Notes: generated from the sequence alone by a model not told the origin. Counted from the stretch's first letter, positions 27,176 to 36,319 are shown. The stretch is DNA of 36,997 nucleotides from Bacteroidales bacterium (GCA_031273395.1 JAISRX010000129.1:1-36997), one strand, 5' to 3'. Translations and numbers: made by a program.

Positions 27176-28681
27176 TCAGAACAGGGAATATACAAACGGC
27201 TGTATCACGGATGATTTCATTTGGTAAATAATGAAAAACAGTACCACCGCCAACACTAATTTTACAACCAGAGAGGTGCGGATATACCATCCGCGCATGT
27301 ATTCCTTCCATTGTGCCGGAAGCCAGTGCAGCAGAAATCCGGCAAAGATGATTCCGAACACAGTCCGGTGGTTGAAAAGTATATCCGTTATTGCAACGCC
27401 GGAAGCAGGAGAACAGATGCAGGCGATCATTTCCCCGGCTGTCTGCATGTTGCCGGCGCGGAAAAAAATCCATGAAAACGCCACAAAGTGGAATGTGAGC
27501 AGGCAACCGGCAAAATGCGGAAGCGGTTTTCTGTTCACCGGACGGGAGGGGAAAATGCCGCTCCACGCCTTGTGCGCCACCAGCGCCAGTCCGTGCAAAC
27601 CGCCCCACAGGATAAAGCGCGTGGAGGGTCCGTGCCACAGTCCGCCCAGCAACATGGTGATCATCAAATGCAGACCGGTACGAACGCTTCCTTTACGGTT
27701 GCCGCCCAAAGGAATGTAGAGGTAATCGCGTAACCACGACGACAGCGAGATATGCCACCGGCGCCAGAAATCAGTGATATTGCTCGCATGATACGGGGAA
27801 TTGAAATTCGCGGGCAAACGAAAGCCCATCAACAATGCCAAACCGATGGCAATGTCGGTATAGCCCGAAAAATCGCAATAAATCTGCAATGTATAGCCAT
27901 ATACCGCCATCAGGTTTTCAAAACCGGAATATAAAACGGGCTGATCAAACACCCTGTCAACAAAATTGATGGAAATATAATCGGAAATAATCATTTTTTT
28001 GACCAGCCCGCAACTGATCAGGAACAGGGCATGTCCCATCTCCTCCACCCTCAACCGGTATTGGCGGGACATCTGGGGGATAAATTCAGCCGCGCGTATG
28101 ATGGGACCTGCCACCAGCTGCGGGAAAAACGACAGGAAAAACCCGAAATCAAGCGGATTATTGATCACCGGCGCCCTGTTTCTGTACACATCCACGATAT
28201 AACCGATTGCCTGAAAGGTGAAAAAGGATACGCCCATCGGAATGAGAATCCGGGAAACGGGAAAGTGTGTGCCGGAAATTTGGTTGCTCCAGCTTGCCAG
28301 CAGGTTGTACGTCTCGAAAGAAGCGCCGAACAGTTGGTTGATCCAATCGGTAAACAGGTAGGCATATTTAAAATATGACAGCAGCAATAAATTAAACGAC
28401 ACTCCGGCAACAAGCGCTGTTTTTTTCCCGCTGCCGGATTTTCGCGACGCTATTGCCCGTCCGATCAAATAATTGACCAATATGGAACAGAGCAACAGCG
28501 AAAAATAGTAGCCGCCGCACTTGTAATAAAAAAAAATGCTTGCCGAAAACAGAAAAGCATTGCGCCATGTATTTTTCCGGTACAAAAAGGAATAAACCAG
28601 CATCACCGCCAGAAAAAATACCCAAAACGAAGCATGGGTAAAAATCATGGGGTTACTTTCCGAATATTTTAACCAGTTCAA
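27176..28681 (-). CDS. MBOAT-family membrane-bound O-acyltransferase (AlgI/DltB-like)
   Basis: 501-aa polytopic protein. ..YCDFSGYTDIAIGLALLMGFRLPANFNSPYHASNITDFWRRWHISLSSWLRDYLYIPLGGNR.. includes the conserved His. Confidence 0.9.
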   Translation of the reverse strand: MNWLKYSESNPMIFTHASFWVFFLAVMLVYSFLYRKNTWRNAFLFSASIFFYYKCGGYYFSLLLCSILVNYLIGRAIASRKSGSGKKTALVAGVSFNLLLLSYFKYAYLFTDWINQLFGASFETYNLLASWSNQISGTHFPVSRILIPMGVSFFTFQAIGYIVDVYRNRAPVINNPLDFGFFLSFFPQLVAGPIIRAAEFIPQMSRQYRLRVEEMGHALFLISCGLVKKMIISDYISINFVDRVFDQPVLYSGFENLMAVYGYTLQIYCDFSGYTDIAIGLALLMGFRLPANFNSPYHASNITDFWRRWHISLSSWLRDYLYIPLGGNRKGSVRTGLHLMITMLLGGLWHGPSTRFILWGGLHGLALVAHKAWSGIFPSRPVNRKPLPHFAGCLLTFHFVAFSWIFFRAGNMQTAGEMIACICSPASGVAITDILFNHRTVFGIIFAGFLLHWLPAQWKEYMRGWYIRTSLVVKLVLAVVLFFIIYQMKSSVIQPFVYSLF

Positions 28682-28705
28682 GCGCTAATAATGATTATGC
28701 TGTTT

Positions 28706-30157
28706 TCAGACTGCTTCCAGCGTTGCCGTCAGGTACTTCCAAAATTCGGCAACCGAAGGGATATTTACCTTTTCGCCCGGCGAATGAGGATGCATGATGG
28801 TGGGACCGAAGGAAACATAATCCATATCCGGATAATTTTTCCCGAAAATGCCACATTCCAGTCCGGCATGGATCACTTTTACTTTGGGATCGCGCCGATA
28901 CAAACGCCTGTACACCTGCTTCATGGTTTTCAGGATGTTTGAGTCGAAATTGGGTTTCCATCCCGGATACGACCCGTTCAGTTTGATGTTGCTTCCCGTC
29001 AGCGCGCACAGGGCGGTCATCGCATTCGCCAGGTCATCCTTTGCCGAGTCAACCGAACTGCGCAGCAAACAGGCGATGTTTACCTGTTTTCCGTCCGACT
29101 GCACGATGGCAAGATTGGTAGATGTTTCCACCACGTCCGGTTTGTCGGCAATCATGCGGATAACGCCGTTGGGCATGGCATACAGCGTGTTGAGGACATT
29201 GTTCTGCGACGAGGCGGTCATCACCGTTGCCGGAAGCGCTTCCGGCGTTACCGTAAAAACGATGTTTTCCTCCACTCCGCTCAGTTCGGCGCTGATGACG
29301 GTCAGAAATTCCTCCGCATCATTTTTCAGCTGCGCCGTTTCGGATGCGGGAACGGTGACCACGGCAGACGCTTCACGCGGAATGGCATTGCGCATGTTGC
29401 CGCCTTCCATCGAAGACAGCCTCAGTCCGTACCTGTGCGCCGCCTTCCACAGGAAACGGGTTAATAACTTGTTGGCATTACCCCGTCCGAGATGAATGTC
29501 CAGCCCGGAGTGTCCTCCTTTAAGTCCGGAAAGGCTGATTTTGTACGCCCTGTCTTCCCTGTTTGGCGCTTCTTCCGTGCAGGGAACGGTGATGAGGGCG
29601 TCCATGCCGCCCGCACAGCCAATGTACAACTCGCCTTCTTCTTCCGAGTCGAGGTTGATGAAAATCGACCCTTTCAGTATGCCCGCCTGCAAATGGTTTG
29701 CTCCGGTCATGCCGGTTTCTTCGTCCACGGTAAAGAGCGCTTCAATGGCGCCGTGCGCGACGTCTTTTGCTTCCAGCACAGCCAGGGCAGCCGCCACGCC
29801 TATGCCGTTGTCGGCGCCCAGTGTGGTGCCTTCGGCTTTCACCCAATCGCCGTCGACACGGGCTTTGATGGGGTCTTTGTTGAAATCGTGCCGGACGTCG
29901 CTGTTCGCCTGCGGCACCATGTCCAGATGCGACTGCAATATCACTCCGGGGGCTCCTTCCCGTCCCGCTGTCGCCGGTTTGCGAATGATCACGTTGCCCA
30001 CGGAATCTACCGTGCAGTCCAAGCCTTGCGCAGCGGCAAATTCCCTGACGAACGCAACCGCCTTCGATTCGTTTTTCGACGGTCGCGGGATAGCGCACAA
30101 ATCACAAAAGCGCTTCCACAATATTTGCGGTTGCAGGTCTTTCAATTCATTACTCAT
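28706..30157 (-). CDS. pepD: Aminoacyl-histidine (Xaa-His) dipeptidase, M20 family
   Basis: From ATG 30157: MSNELKDLQPQILWKRFCDLCAIPRPSKNE..VILQSHLDMVPQ..TTLGADNGIGVAA..FTVDEETGMTGA... The 51-codon upstream extension in the ORF track is rejected. Confidence 0.9.
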   Translation of the reverse strand: MSNELKDLQPQILWKRFCDLCAIPRPSKNESKAVAFVREFAAAQGLDCTVDSVGNVIIRKPATAGREGAPGVILQSHLDMVPQANSDVRHDFNKDPIKARVDGDWVKAEGTTLGADNGIGVAAALAVLEAKDVAHGAIEALFTVDEETGMTGANHLQAGILKGSIFINLDSEEEGELYIGCAGGMDALITVPCTEEAPNREDRAYKISLSGLKGGHSGLDIHLGRGNANKLLTRFLWKAAHRYGLRLSSMEGGNMRNAIPREASAVVTVPASETAQLKNDAEEFLTVISAELSGVEENIVFTVTPEALPATVMTASSQNNVLNTLYAMPNGVIRMIADKPDVVETSTNLAIVQSDGKQVNIACLLRSSVDSAKDDLANAMTALCALTGSNIKLNGSYPGWKPNFDSNILKTMKQVYRRLYRRDPKVKVIHAGLECGIFGKNYPDMDYVSFGPTIMHPHSPGEKVNIPSVAEFWKYLTATLEAV

Positions 30158-30209
30158 ATTTTGGTATTTAAAATTAAAAGGGTAAAAATAGGTATTATTT
30201 GAGTAAATG

Positions 30210-30217
30210 CAAAAATA
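30210..30217 (-). promoter_or_regulatory. Candidate -7 box TATTTTTG for pepD
   Basis: The reverse complement of caaaaata lies 53 nt upstream of ATG 30157. Confidence 0.4.
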
Positions 30218-30393
30218 TAAAATATGGGGCTGCATCTTTTTTTGAGGCGCTGTTCGTATTGCCGTTACTGCGGCGTCGCTGATTGTCCTGGCATACGTTT
30301 TTGTTGCCATATTTCATTCGATTTTAAAATTTAACCATCACCGGCAAAAATAGAAATTTTAACAAATAATATCCTGTCGGGAAAAAATGTTCG

Positions 30394-30435
30394 CCCGAAG
30401 GCAAAAGGCATCTTCCCGAAGACAAAAGGCATCTT
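30394..30435. repeat. Tandem 21-bp direct repeat (2 units, 1 mismatch)
   Basis: cccgaaggcaaaaggcatctt followed by cccgaagacaaaaggcatctt, in the divergent intergenic region between pepD and the glycosidase gene. Confidence 0.9.
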
Positions 30436-30601
30436 CGTCTCCGGCATCAAAACCGTCATACATTATTTATTTCTCATGCCTTAAAAAGCCCTGAGACAGC
30501 GTCGAAAACCGATGGAATGTTATGGGTAGAGAAATTGGGAGATTACCGCATCACGGCGGCGAAAGAAAAAGCCGGTGACCGGACAGGGAATCATGTTTTC
30601 G

Positions 30602-30630
30602 TTACGCAACCGATTGCGTAAATATTTTTG
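30602..30630 (+). promoter_or_regulatory. 8-bp-arm palindrome abutting a candidate -7 box (TATTTTTG) upstream of the glycosidase gene
   Basis: ttacgcaa (30602-30609), ccga, ttgcgtaa (30614-30621), then TATTTTTG at 30623-30630. The -7 box is 62 nt upstream of ATG 30692. Confidence 0.4.
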
Positions 30631-30691
30631 TCGCACAAGATAAATTTGATTTACTTTGCCGTCCTGTTAGAATATTTAATTTTAAAATACG

Positions 30692-32476
30692 ATGAAATTC
30701 TTTTCTTTCTTTTTTTCACTGTTCTTTTTTGCGGGCATGGCGAATGCCCGGGAGGGGGGTCTTCCGCCGGTTTTCGGAGCGGAATACGCCGGCAAGGCGT
30801 TTCACGATTCCCGCGCGCGGTCGTATCTTACTCCGCAACGCATAGTGTGGCAATACGACGGCGGGGGCAAACTGATTTCCCTCCCCAACGCGCTGCTTGC
30901 CGAAGGGCACAACGGACAAAGCGAGTTGACCGGTCGCGCGGTATGCACCATGCGCAGCGCCGACGCCGAATATCCGGCAATACTGCTTGATTTCGGCAGG
31001 GAAATACAGGGAGGCATACAGATAGTGACCGGCATTACGGACAACCACGCCCCGGTAAAAATCCGCGTCCGTTTCGGGGAGTCGGTCAGCGAAGCCATGA
31101 GCAATAAGGGCGAGCAGGGCGCCACCAACGACCATGCCGTGCGCGACTTCATTATGGAAGTCCCCTGGCTGGGCGTCGCCGAAACGGGCAACAGCGGCTT
31201 TCGCTTTGTGCGCATCGACCTGGTGGAACCCAACACGGAGTTGAAACTGAAGGAAGTCAACGCCGTTTTCACCTACCGCGACATTCCCTATCTGGGTTCC
31301 TTCCGCAGCAGCGACGAACGATTGAACCGGATATGGATGACGGGCGCCTACACCGTGCATCTGAACATGCAGGAATACATCTGGGACGGCATCAAGCGCG
31401 ACCGGTTAGTATGGCTGGGCGACCTGCACCCGGAAGTGATGACGGTAAGTTCCGTATTCGGATACAACGAAGTGATCCCAAAAAGCCTTGACCTTGCGCG
31501 CGACATCACCCCGTTGCCCGCATGGATGAACGGGATGTGTTCCTATTCCCTGTGGTGGATCATCATTCACCGCGACTGGTACCGCTATCAGGGCAACCGC
31601 GCTTACCTGAAGGAGCAGCAAACCTATCTGACGGGCTTGCTGCAACTGCTGTTCACCAAAGTGGACGCATCGGGAAAAGAGCAACTGGACGGAGGCGGAC
31701 GTTTTCTCGACTGGCCCTCCAGCGAGAACAAGGAAGGCGTTAATGCGGGCTTGCAGGCGTTGCTGACGCTTGCGTTCCAAGCCGGCGCCGAACTGTGCGC
31801 CGTACTCGGCGACCGGCAGCTGTCCGCGGAATGTTCCGCCGTCGCCGCCCGCATGCAGCAGCAGGTACCGCATCACAACCGGTTGAAACAGGCTGCCGCG
31901 CTGCTCTCCCTGGCGGGGATGCTGCCGCCCGAACAAGCCAACGACGAGGTGATTGCGGTGGGCGGCGCAAAGGAGTTTTCCACTTTCTACGGATACTACA
32001 TGCTGCAGGCGCAGGCAAAAGCCGGAGCATACCAGGAGGCGCTGGACAACATTCGCCGGTTCTGGGGCGGAATGCTCGACATGGGCGCCACTACCTTCTG
32101 GGAAGATTTCAATCTGGACTGGATGGAAAATGCCGCAGGGATTGATGAAATAGTGCCGGAAGGGAAAAAGGACATTCATGCCGATTTCGGCGCTTACTGC
32201 TACGAAAACCTGCGGCACAGCCTGTGCCACGGATGGGCTTCGGGACCCACGGCATGGCTGAGCGAACACGTACTGGGCGTGCAGGTAGTGGAGGCAGGCG
32301 GCAAGGCGCTGCGCATAGAACCGCATCTGGGAGACCTTCAATGGGTGGAAGGAACTTTCCCCACGCCCTACGGAACCGTAAAGATCAGCCACAAAAAAGA
32401 CGCCTCGGGAAAAATCATCTCCAGCGTGAAAGCGCCCAAAGGGGTAAAAATAATCGGGAAAAGCGTCAAAAAATAA
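30692..32476 (+). CDS. Secreted six-hairpin glycoside hydrolase, alpha-L-rhamnosidase (GH78)-like
   Basis: 594 aa. Signal peptide MKFFSFFFSLFFFAGMANA. ..IWDGIKRDRLVWLGDLHPE.. resembles the GH78 D-x-x-(K/R)-R-(D/E)-R-x-x-W-x-GD motif. C-terminal ..CHGWASGPTAWLSEHVLGV... The ORF itself is certain; the product call is moderate. Confidence 0.65.
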   Translation: MKFFSFFFSLFFFAGMANAREGGLPPVFGAEYAGKAFHDSRARSYLTPQRIVWQYDGGGKLISLPNALLAEGHNGQSELTGRAVCTMRSADAEYPAILLDFGREIQGGIQIVTGITDNHAPVKIRVRFGESVSEAMSNKGEQGATNDHAVRDFIMEVPWLGVAETGNSGFRFVRIDLVEPNTELKLKEVNAVFTYRDIPYLGSFRSSDERLNRIWMTGAYTVHLNMQEYIWDGIKRDRLVWLGDLHPEVMTVSSVFGYNEVIPKSLDLARDITPLPAWMNGMCSYSLWWIIIHRDWYRYQGNRAYLKEQQTYLTGLLQLLFTKVDASGKEQLDGGGRFLDWPSSENKEGVNAGLQALLTLAFQAGAELCAVLGDRQLSAECSAVAARMQQQVPHHNRLKQAAALLSLAGMLPPEQANDEVIAVGGAKEFSTFYGYYMLQAQAKAGAYQEALDNIRRFWGGMLDMGATTFWEDFNLDWMENAAGIDEIVPEGKKDIHADFGAYCYENLRHSLCHGWASGPTAWLSEHVLGVQVVEAGGKALRIEPHLGDLQWVEGTFPTPYGTVKISHKKDASGKIISSVKAPKGVKIIGKSVKK

Positions 32477-32547
32477 GGCTGCATCATTGCAGCCGCTGCA
32501 AGGCGCGCGGTCTTGACCGGCGATTTCCGGAGCGCGCGCCTGTTTTG
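32477..32547. terminator. Two hairpins between convergent glycosidase and ahpF genes
   Basis: First hairpin ggctgca/tgcagcc (32477-32494). Second hairpin aggcgcgcg (32501-32509) with cgcgcgcct (32533-32541), followed by GTTTTGG. Confidence 0.55.
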
Positions 32548-32575
32548 GTAGCGAAAGGAGGCGGCAAAGGGCGGA

Positions 32576-34144
32576 TTAGCGCGCGTCCGTCACTCCGCGT
32601 ATCCGGTCTTCAAAAGCGCTCAACGCCGCTTTTGCACCTTCGCCCATAGAAATGATGATTTGCTTGTAGGGCGTTGTGGCGACGTCTCCGGCTGCATAAA
32701 TGCCCGGTTGGTTAGTGCGGCAGCGCGCGTCGATTTCGATTTCGCCGGCGCGGTTGACGGAAACGAGGTCTTTGAAGGCGGCGCTGTTGGCTACCAGCCC
32801 GATTTGAACAAAAACGCCGTCCAGTTCCGTCACGCGCTCCGCTTCCGTTTTGCGGTTTTTGACGCGGATGCCCGTCACCTTTTCCCCGTCGCCGATGATC
32901 TCCATCGTTTGCGACGCCACAAAAATTTCCACATTCGACAGGCTTTTCGCTTTTTCCTGCAGTATGCTGTCGGCTTTTAAATCGTCCAGAAACTCAAAAA
33001 CAGTCACTTTCGAGCAGATGCCCGCAAGGTCTATTGCCGCCTCAATGCCGGAATTGCCTCCGCCCACCACTGCAACGTGTTTCCCCTTGTAGAAAGGACC
33101 GTCGCAATGCGGACAAAAGGCAACGCCCCGTCCGATATATTCCTGTTCTCCGGCGACGTTCAGCCTGCGCCAACTCGCTCCGGTGGCGATGATGACCGCA
33201 GGAGCGATCAGCTTTTCGCCTCCCGCCACCGAAACAATTTTCTCGCTTCCGCTGATTTCTATCTTTTCCACCTTGCGATATTCAAACAAATCAACCGAAT
33301 ATGCCTGCATGTGCGTCTTTAAATCGGCTGCCAGCTGTTCGCCCGTGGTGTGGGGGACGGAAATCAGGTTTTCGATGCCTGCGGTTTCTTTCACCTGACC
33401 GCCGATTCGTTCCGCAAGGACAGCCACTTTCAAGCCTTTCCGTGCGGAATAAACGGCAGCGGCGCTGCCCGCAGGACCTCCGCCTATGACTACCGCATCG
33501 TACCTCTTTTCGGAAACTTCATTTTCTCCGGCATTTACGCCGTAGCGATCCGCCAGCTTGCCCAGCAGTTCGCCGAAACCGGCTTTGCCCACATGAAGCA
33601 ATTCGCCGTCGGCAAAGACGCTGGGAACAGCCTGTATTTTCAACGCATCCGCCTCTTCCTGATAAAGCGCGCCGTCCACCGTTTCGTGGCTGACGCCGTC
33701 GTTCAGTATCGCCATGAGGTTGAGCGCCTGTACCACGTCGGGGCAATTGGTGCAGGTGAGGGAAACGTAAGTCGTCAGCCGGATGTTTCCTTTCAAAGAC
33801 CGCACACGCTTGCAGACGCCTTCGTCGGGGATGTTTTTTCCCTTTCCGTCGCTGTTCAATATAGCCAGCAGCAGGGAAGTAAATTCATGTCCGGTAGGCA
33901 CGCCCCGAAATTTAATGCCTGTGTTGTTTCCGTTTTTCAGTAACGAAAATTCCAAAGTGTCGCCTTCCTGCACGTTGCAGGAAATTTTGTCCGAAGAAGC
34001 CGCTACTTCGCCCAGCAGCTCCAGCAGTTCCCCGCGGCTTTCGTTCTGTGCGGGAACGGTGATGTCCAGGGTATAAACTGCGGACAGGTCTGCAAAAATA
34101 TTTCGTACCTGTTCTTTTAATGATGTGTCTAACATAATTTTCAA
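32576..34144 (-). CDS. ahpF: Alkyl hydroperoxide reductase subunit F
   Basis: 522 aa. N-terminal thioredoxin-like CTNCPD, FAD/NAD motifs VVIGGGPAGSAAA and VVGGGNSG, redox centre CPHCDGPF. Lies immediately downstream of ahpC. Confidence 0.94.
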   Translation of the reverse strand: MKIMLDTSLKEQVRNIFADLSAVYTLDITVPAQNESRGELLELLGEVAASSDKISCNVQEGDTLEFSLLKNGNNTGIKFRGVPTGHEFTSLLLAILNSDGKGKNIPDEGVCKRVRSLKGNIRLTTYVSLTCTNCPDVVQALNLMAILNDGVSHETVDGALYQEEADALKIQAVPSVFADGELLHVGKAGFGELLGKLADRYGVNAGENEVSEKRYDAVVIGGGPAGSAAAVYSARKGLKVAVLAERIGGQVKETAGIENLISVPHTTGEQLAADLKTHMQAYSVDLFEYRKVEKIEISGSEKIVSVAGGEKLIAPAVIIATGASWRRLNVAGEQEYIGRGVAFCPHCDGPFYKGKHVAVVGGGNSGIEAAIDLAGICSKVTVFEFLDDLKADSILQEKAKSLSNVEIFVASQTMEIIGDGEKVTGIRVKNRKTEAERVTELDGVFVQIGLVANSAAFKDLVSVNRAGEIEIDARCRTNQPGIYAAGDVATTPYKQIIISMGEGAKAALSAFEDRIRGVTDAR

Positions 34145-34151
34145 ATTAAAA

Positions 34152-34223
34152 ATGACGAATTACGAAAACCAACGGATGAAAAGGTTTTTCCGTTCATCCG
34201 TTATTTGACTCGTAATTCGTCAT
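34152..34223 (-). terminator. Compound intercistronic hairpin between ahpC and ahpF (likely attenuator/partial terminator)
   Basis: Outer 14-bp perfect stem: atgacgaattacga (34152-65) with tcgtaattcgtcat (34210-23). Inner 10-bp stem: aacggatgaa (34171-80) with ttcatccgtt (34193-202). Confidence 0.5.
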
Positions 34224-34228
34224 CGTTT

Positions 34229-34798
34229 TTAGATTTTTCCTACCAGATCAATGCTCGGTTTTAAGGTAGCATCGCCTTTTTTCCATTTGGCAGGACAAAC
34301 TTCGCTGGGGTGGCTTGCCACAAATTGGGCAGCTTCCACTTTCCGCAACAACTCGCCGGCATTGCGACCGATGCCGTTGTCATGGATTTCGGCAATCTTG
34401 ATTTGTCCTTCCGGATTTACCAGAAAAGTGCCGCGATAAGCCAGACCGTCTTCTTCGATCAGCACGCCGAATGCACGGCTCAGGCTGCCCGTATGGTCTG
34501 CCAGCATCGGATACTTGATTTTACGGATGGTTTCGGAAGCATCATGCCATGCCTTATGCACGAAATGGGAATCGGTGCTTACCGCATAAACCTCTACACC
34601 CGATTCCTGAAACTTGGCATAATGTTCTGCCATGTCCTCCAACTCGGTCGGACAAACAAAGGTAAAATCGGCGGGATAAAAAAAGAAAATCGCCCATTTC
34701 CCTTTTACATCGTTACTGCTCACGGTCTTGAAACTGCCGTTGTGATACGCCTGCAATTTAAATTCAGGCAACTGAGAATTAATGATTGGTTGCATCAT
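34229..34798 (-). CDS. ahpC: Peroxiredoxin AhpC (alkyl hydroperoxide reductase subunit C)
   Basis: 189 aa. ..WAIFFFYPADFTFVCPTEL.. (peroxidatic Cys) and ..EVCPAKW.. (resolving Cys). Confidence 0.96.
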   Translation of the reverse strand: MMQPIINSQLPEFKLQAYHNGSFKTVSSNDVKGKWAIFFFYPADFTFVCPTELEDMAEHYAKFQESGVEVYAVSTDSHFVHKAWHDASETIRKIKYPMLADHTGSLSRAFGVLIEEDGLAYRGTFLVNPEGQIKIAEIHDNGIGRNAGELLRKVEAAQFVASHPSEVCPAKWKKGDATLKPSIDLVGKI

Positions 34799-34842
34799 CT
34801 TTTTAATTTAAATTATTAATTTTTATTTATATGAATTTCCGG

Positions 34843-34850
34843 CAAAATTA
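34843..34850 (-). promoter_or_regulatory. Candidate -7 box TAATTTTG for ahpC
   Basis: The reverse complement of caaaatta lies 45 nt upstream of ATG 34798. TATC/GATA dyads are present further upstream, at about 34885-34925. Confidence 0.4.
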
Positions 34851-35043
34851 CATGCAATATAAATATGTGTCAAACTGATATTTTTTATCCCTGCATAGAT
34901 AAAATCAATTATTGCGGTTAATTCTTTTTTTTAGGCGAATGTTATTTCAGTCCCCTGCGGGATTTTTACACATTTTCCATGCATGCGACAATTTGGAATA
35001 CACCCTGCAGGACAACCGGAAAGTTTATTTGATTATATTTGCA

Positions 35044-35051
35044 GCATATTT
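35044..35051 (+). promoter_or_regulatory. Candidate -7 box TATATTTG for the SpmA/SpmB-like gene
   Basis: Exact TAnnTTTG match 16 nt upstream of ATG 35067, implying a very short leader. Confidence 0.4.
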
Positions 35052-35066
35052 TATTTGTAAACCATC

Positions 35067-36302
35067 ATGGCGCTTAATTACATCTGGGTCGGTTTTTTTG
35101 TTCTCGCTTTTATTGTTGCTCTGATACGTTTTTTTGTCACAGGCGACGCGGAAATTTTCGGAGCGATGATAGACAGTACGTTTACCGCGTCCAAAAGCGC
35201 GGTGATGGATATTGCGCTACCGCTTACGGGTGTGATGGTTTTATGGCTCGGTCTGATGAACATCGGCGAAAAGGCAGGCGCCGTAAATTTTCTGGCGCGG
35301 ATAGTCGTGCCGTTTTTTTCGCGGCTTTTTCCCGGAGTACCCAAAAATCATCCCGCCATGGGACAGATGCTGATGAATTTTTCGGCAAACATGCTTGGAC
35401 TGGACAACGCCGCCACCCCGCTCGGACTGAAAGCCATGCAGGGACTTCAGGACTTGAACCCCAAAAAGGATACGGCGTCAAACGCGCAGATCATGTTTCT
35501 GGTGATCAACACGTCGGGACTGACCGTCATCCCCGTCACTATTCTGGCACAACGCGCCATACTCGGAGCCGCCAATCCTACCGACATATTCATTCCAGTA
35601 CTGATTGCCACTGCCGTTTCCACGCTGGTGGGCATCATCGCCGTAGCGCTGCGGCAGAGGATCAATCTGCTGGATCCCGTAATGATGGCGTGGCTGGGAG
35701 GAATCGTTGCCGCAACAGGCGGGCTGACATGGTGGATCGGCACACTGGAAAAAGAGCAGGTGGAAATTGTTTCCAAAGCGGGAAGCAATCTGCTGCTGCT
35801 GGCTGTCATCGTTGGTTTTATTGCGGTGGCGCTCTTCAGGAAAATAAATGTCTATGAAGCGTTTATTGAAGGCGCAAAGAGCGGTTTTGAAGTAACCGTC
35901 AGGATCATACCCTATCTTGTGGGCATGTTGACAGGCATTGCCGTTTTTCGCGCATCCGGCGCACTGGACTGCATGATTAACGGGCTGGGATATTTATTCG
36001 GAGCGGTCGGCATGAATACCGATTTTGTCCCCTCGCTGCCCACCGCATTGATGAAACCGTTGAGCGGCAGCGGAGCCAAAGCCATGATGGTAGAGGCAAT
36101 GCAACACTACGGGGTCGACTCTTTTGTCGGGCGGCTTTCATGCCTCTTTCAAGGCGCTGCCGATACCACTTTCTACATTATAGCCCTGTATTTCGGATCG
36201 GTAGGAATCCGCAAAACACGCTACGCCGTCACTGCCGGGCTGATTGCCGATCTTGCAGGGGTGATCGCCGCCATCGTTCTGGCATATCTGTTTTTCGCAT
36301 AA
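35067..36302 (+). CDS. Fused SpmA/SpmB-like nucleoside-recognition (Gate) domain membrane protein
   Basis: 411-aa polytopic protein. MALNYIWVGFFVLAF.., ..LFPGVPKNHPAMGQMLMNFSANMLGLDNAATPLGLKAMQGLQDLNP.. Confidence 0.8.
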   Translation: MALNYIWVGFFVLAFIVALIRFFVTGDAEIFGAMIDSTFTASKSAVMDIALPLTGVMVLWLGLMNIGEKAGAVNFLARIVVPFFSRLFPGVPKNHPAMGQMLMNFSANMLGLDNAATPLGLKAMQGLQDLNPKKDTASNAQIMFLVINTSGLTVIPVTILAQRAILGAANPTDIFIPVLIATAVSTLVGIIAVALRQRINLLDPVMMAWLGGIVAATGGLTWWIGTLEKEQVEIVSKAGSNLLLLAVIVGFIAVALFRKINVYEAFIEGAKSGFEVTVRIIPYLVGMLTGIAVFRASGALDCMINGLGYLFGAVGMNTDFVPSLPTALMKPLSGSGAKAMMVEAMQHYGVDSFVGRLSCLFQGAADTTFYIIALYFGSVGIRKTRYAVTAGLIADLAGVIAAIVLAYLFFA

Positions 36303-36319
36303 GGCGAAACAGGCGCGGA

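Noticed and set aside
26979-27638. 219-aa minus-strand ORF as the missing MBOAT partner.
   Set aside because: It overlaps the last ~150 codons of the MBOAT gene in another frame. It is R/C/H-rich with no signal peptide and no motifs.
30158-30310. 51-codon N-terminal extension of pepD (MATKTYARTIS..).
   Set aside because: The extension covers the predicted promoter (TAnnTTTG at 30210-30217) and A+T-rich intergenic sequence. The conserved PepD N-terminus begins at MSNELKDL (ATG 30157).
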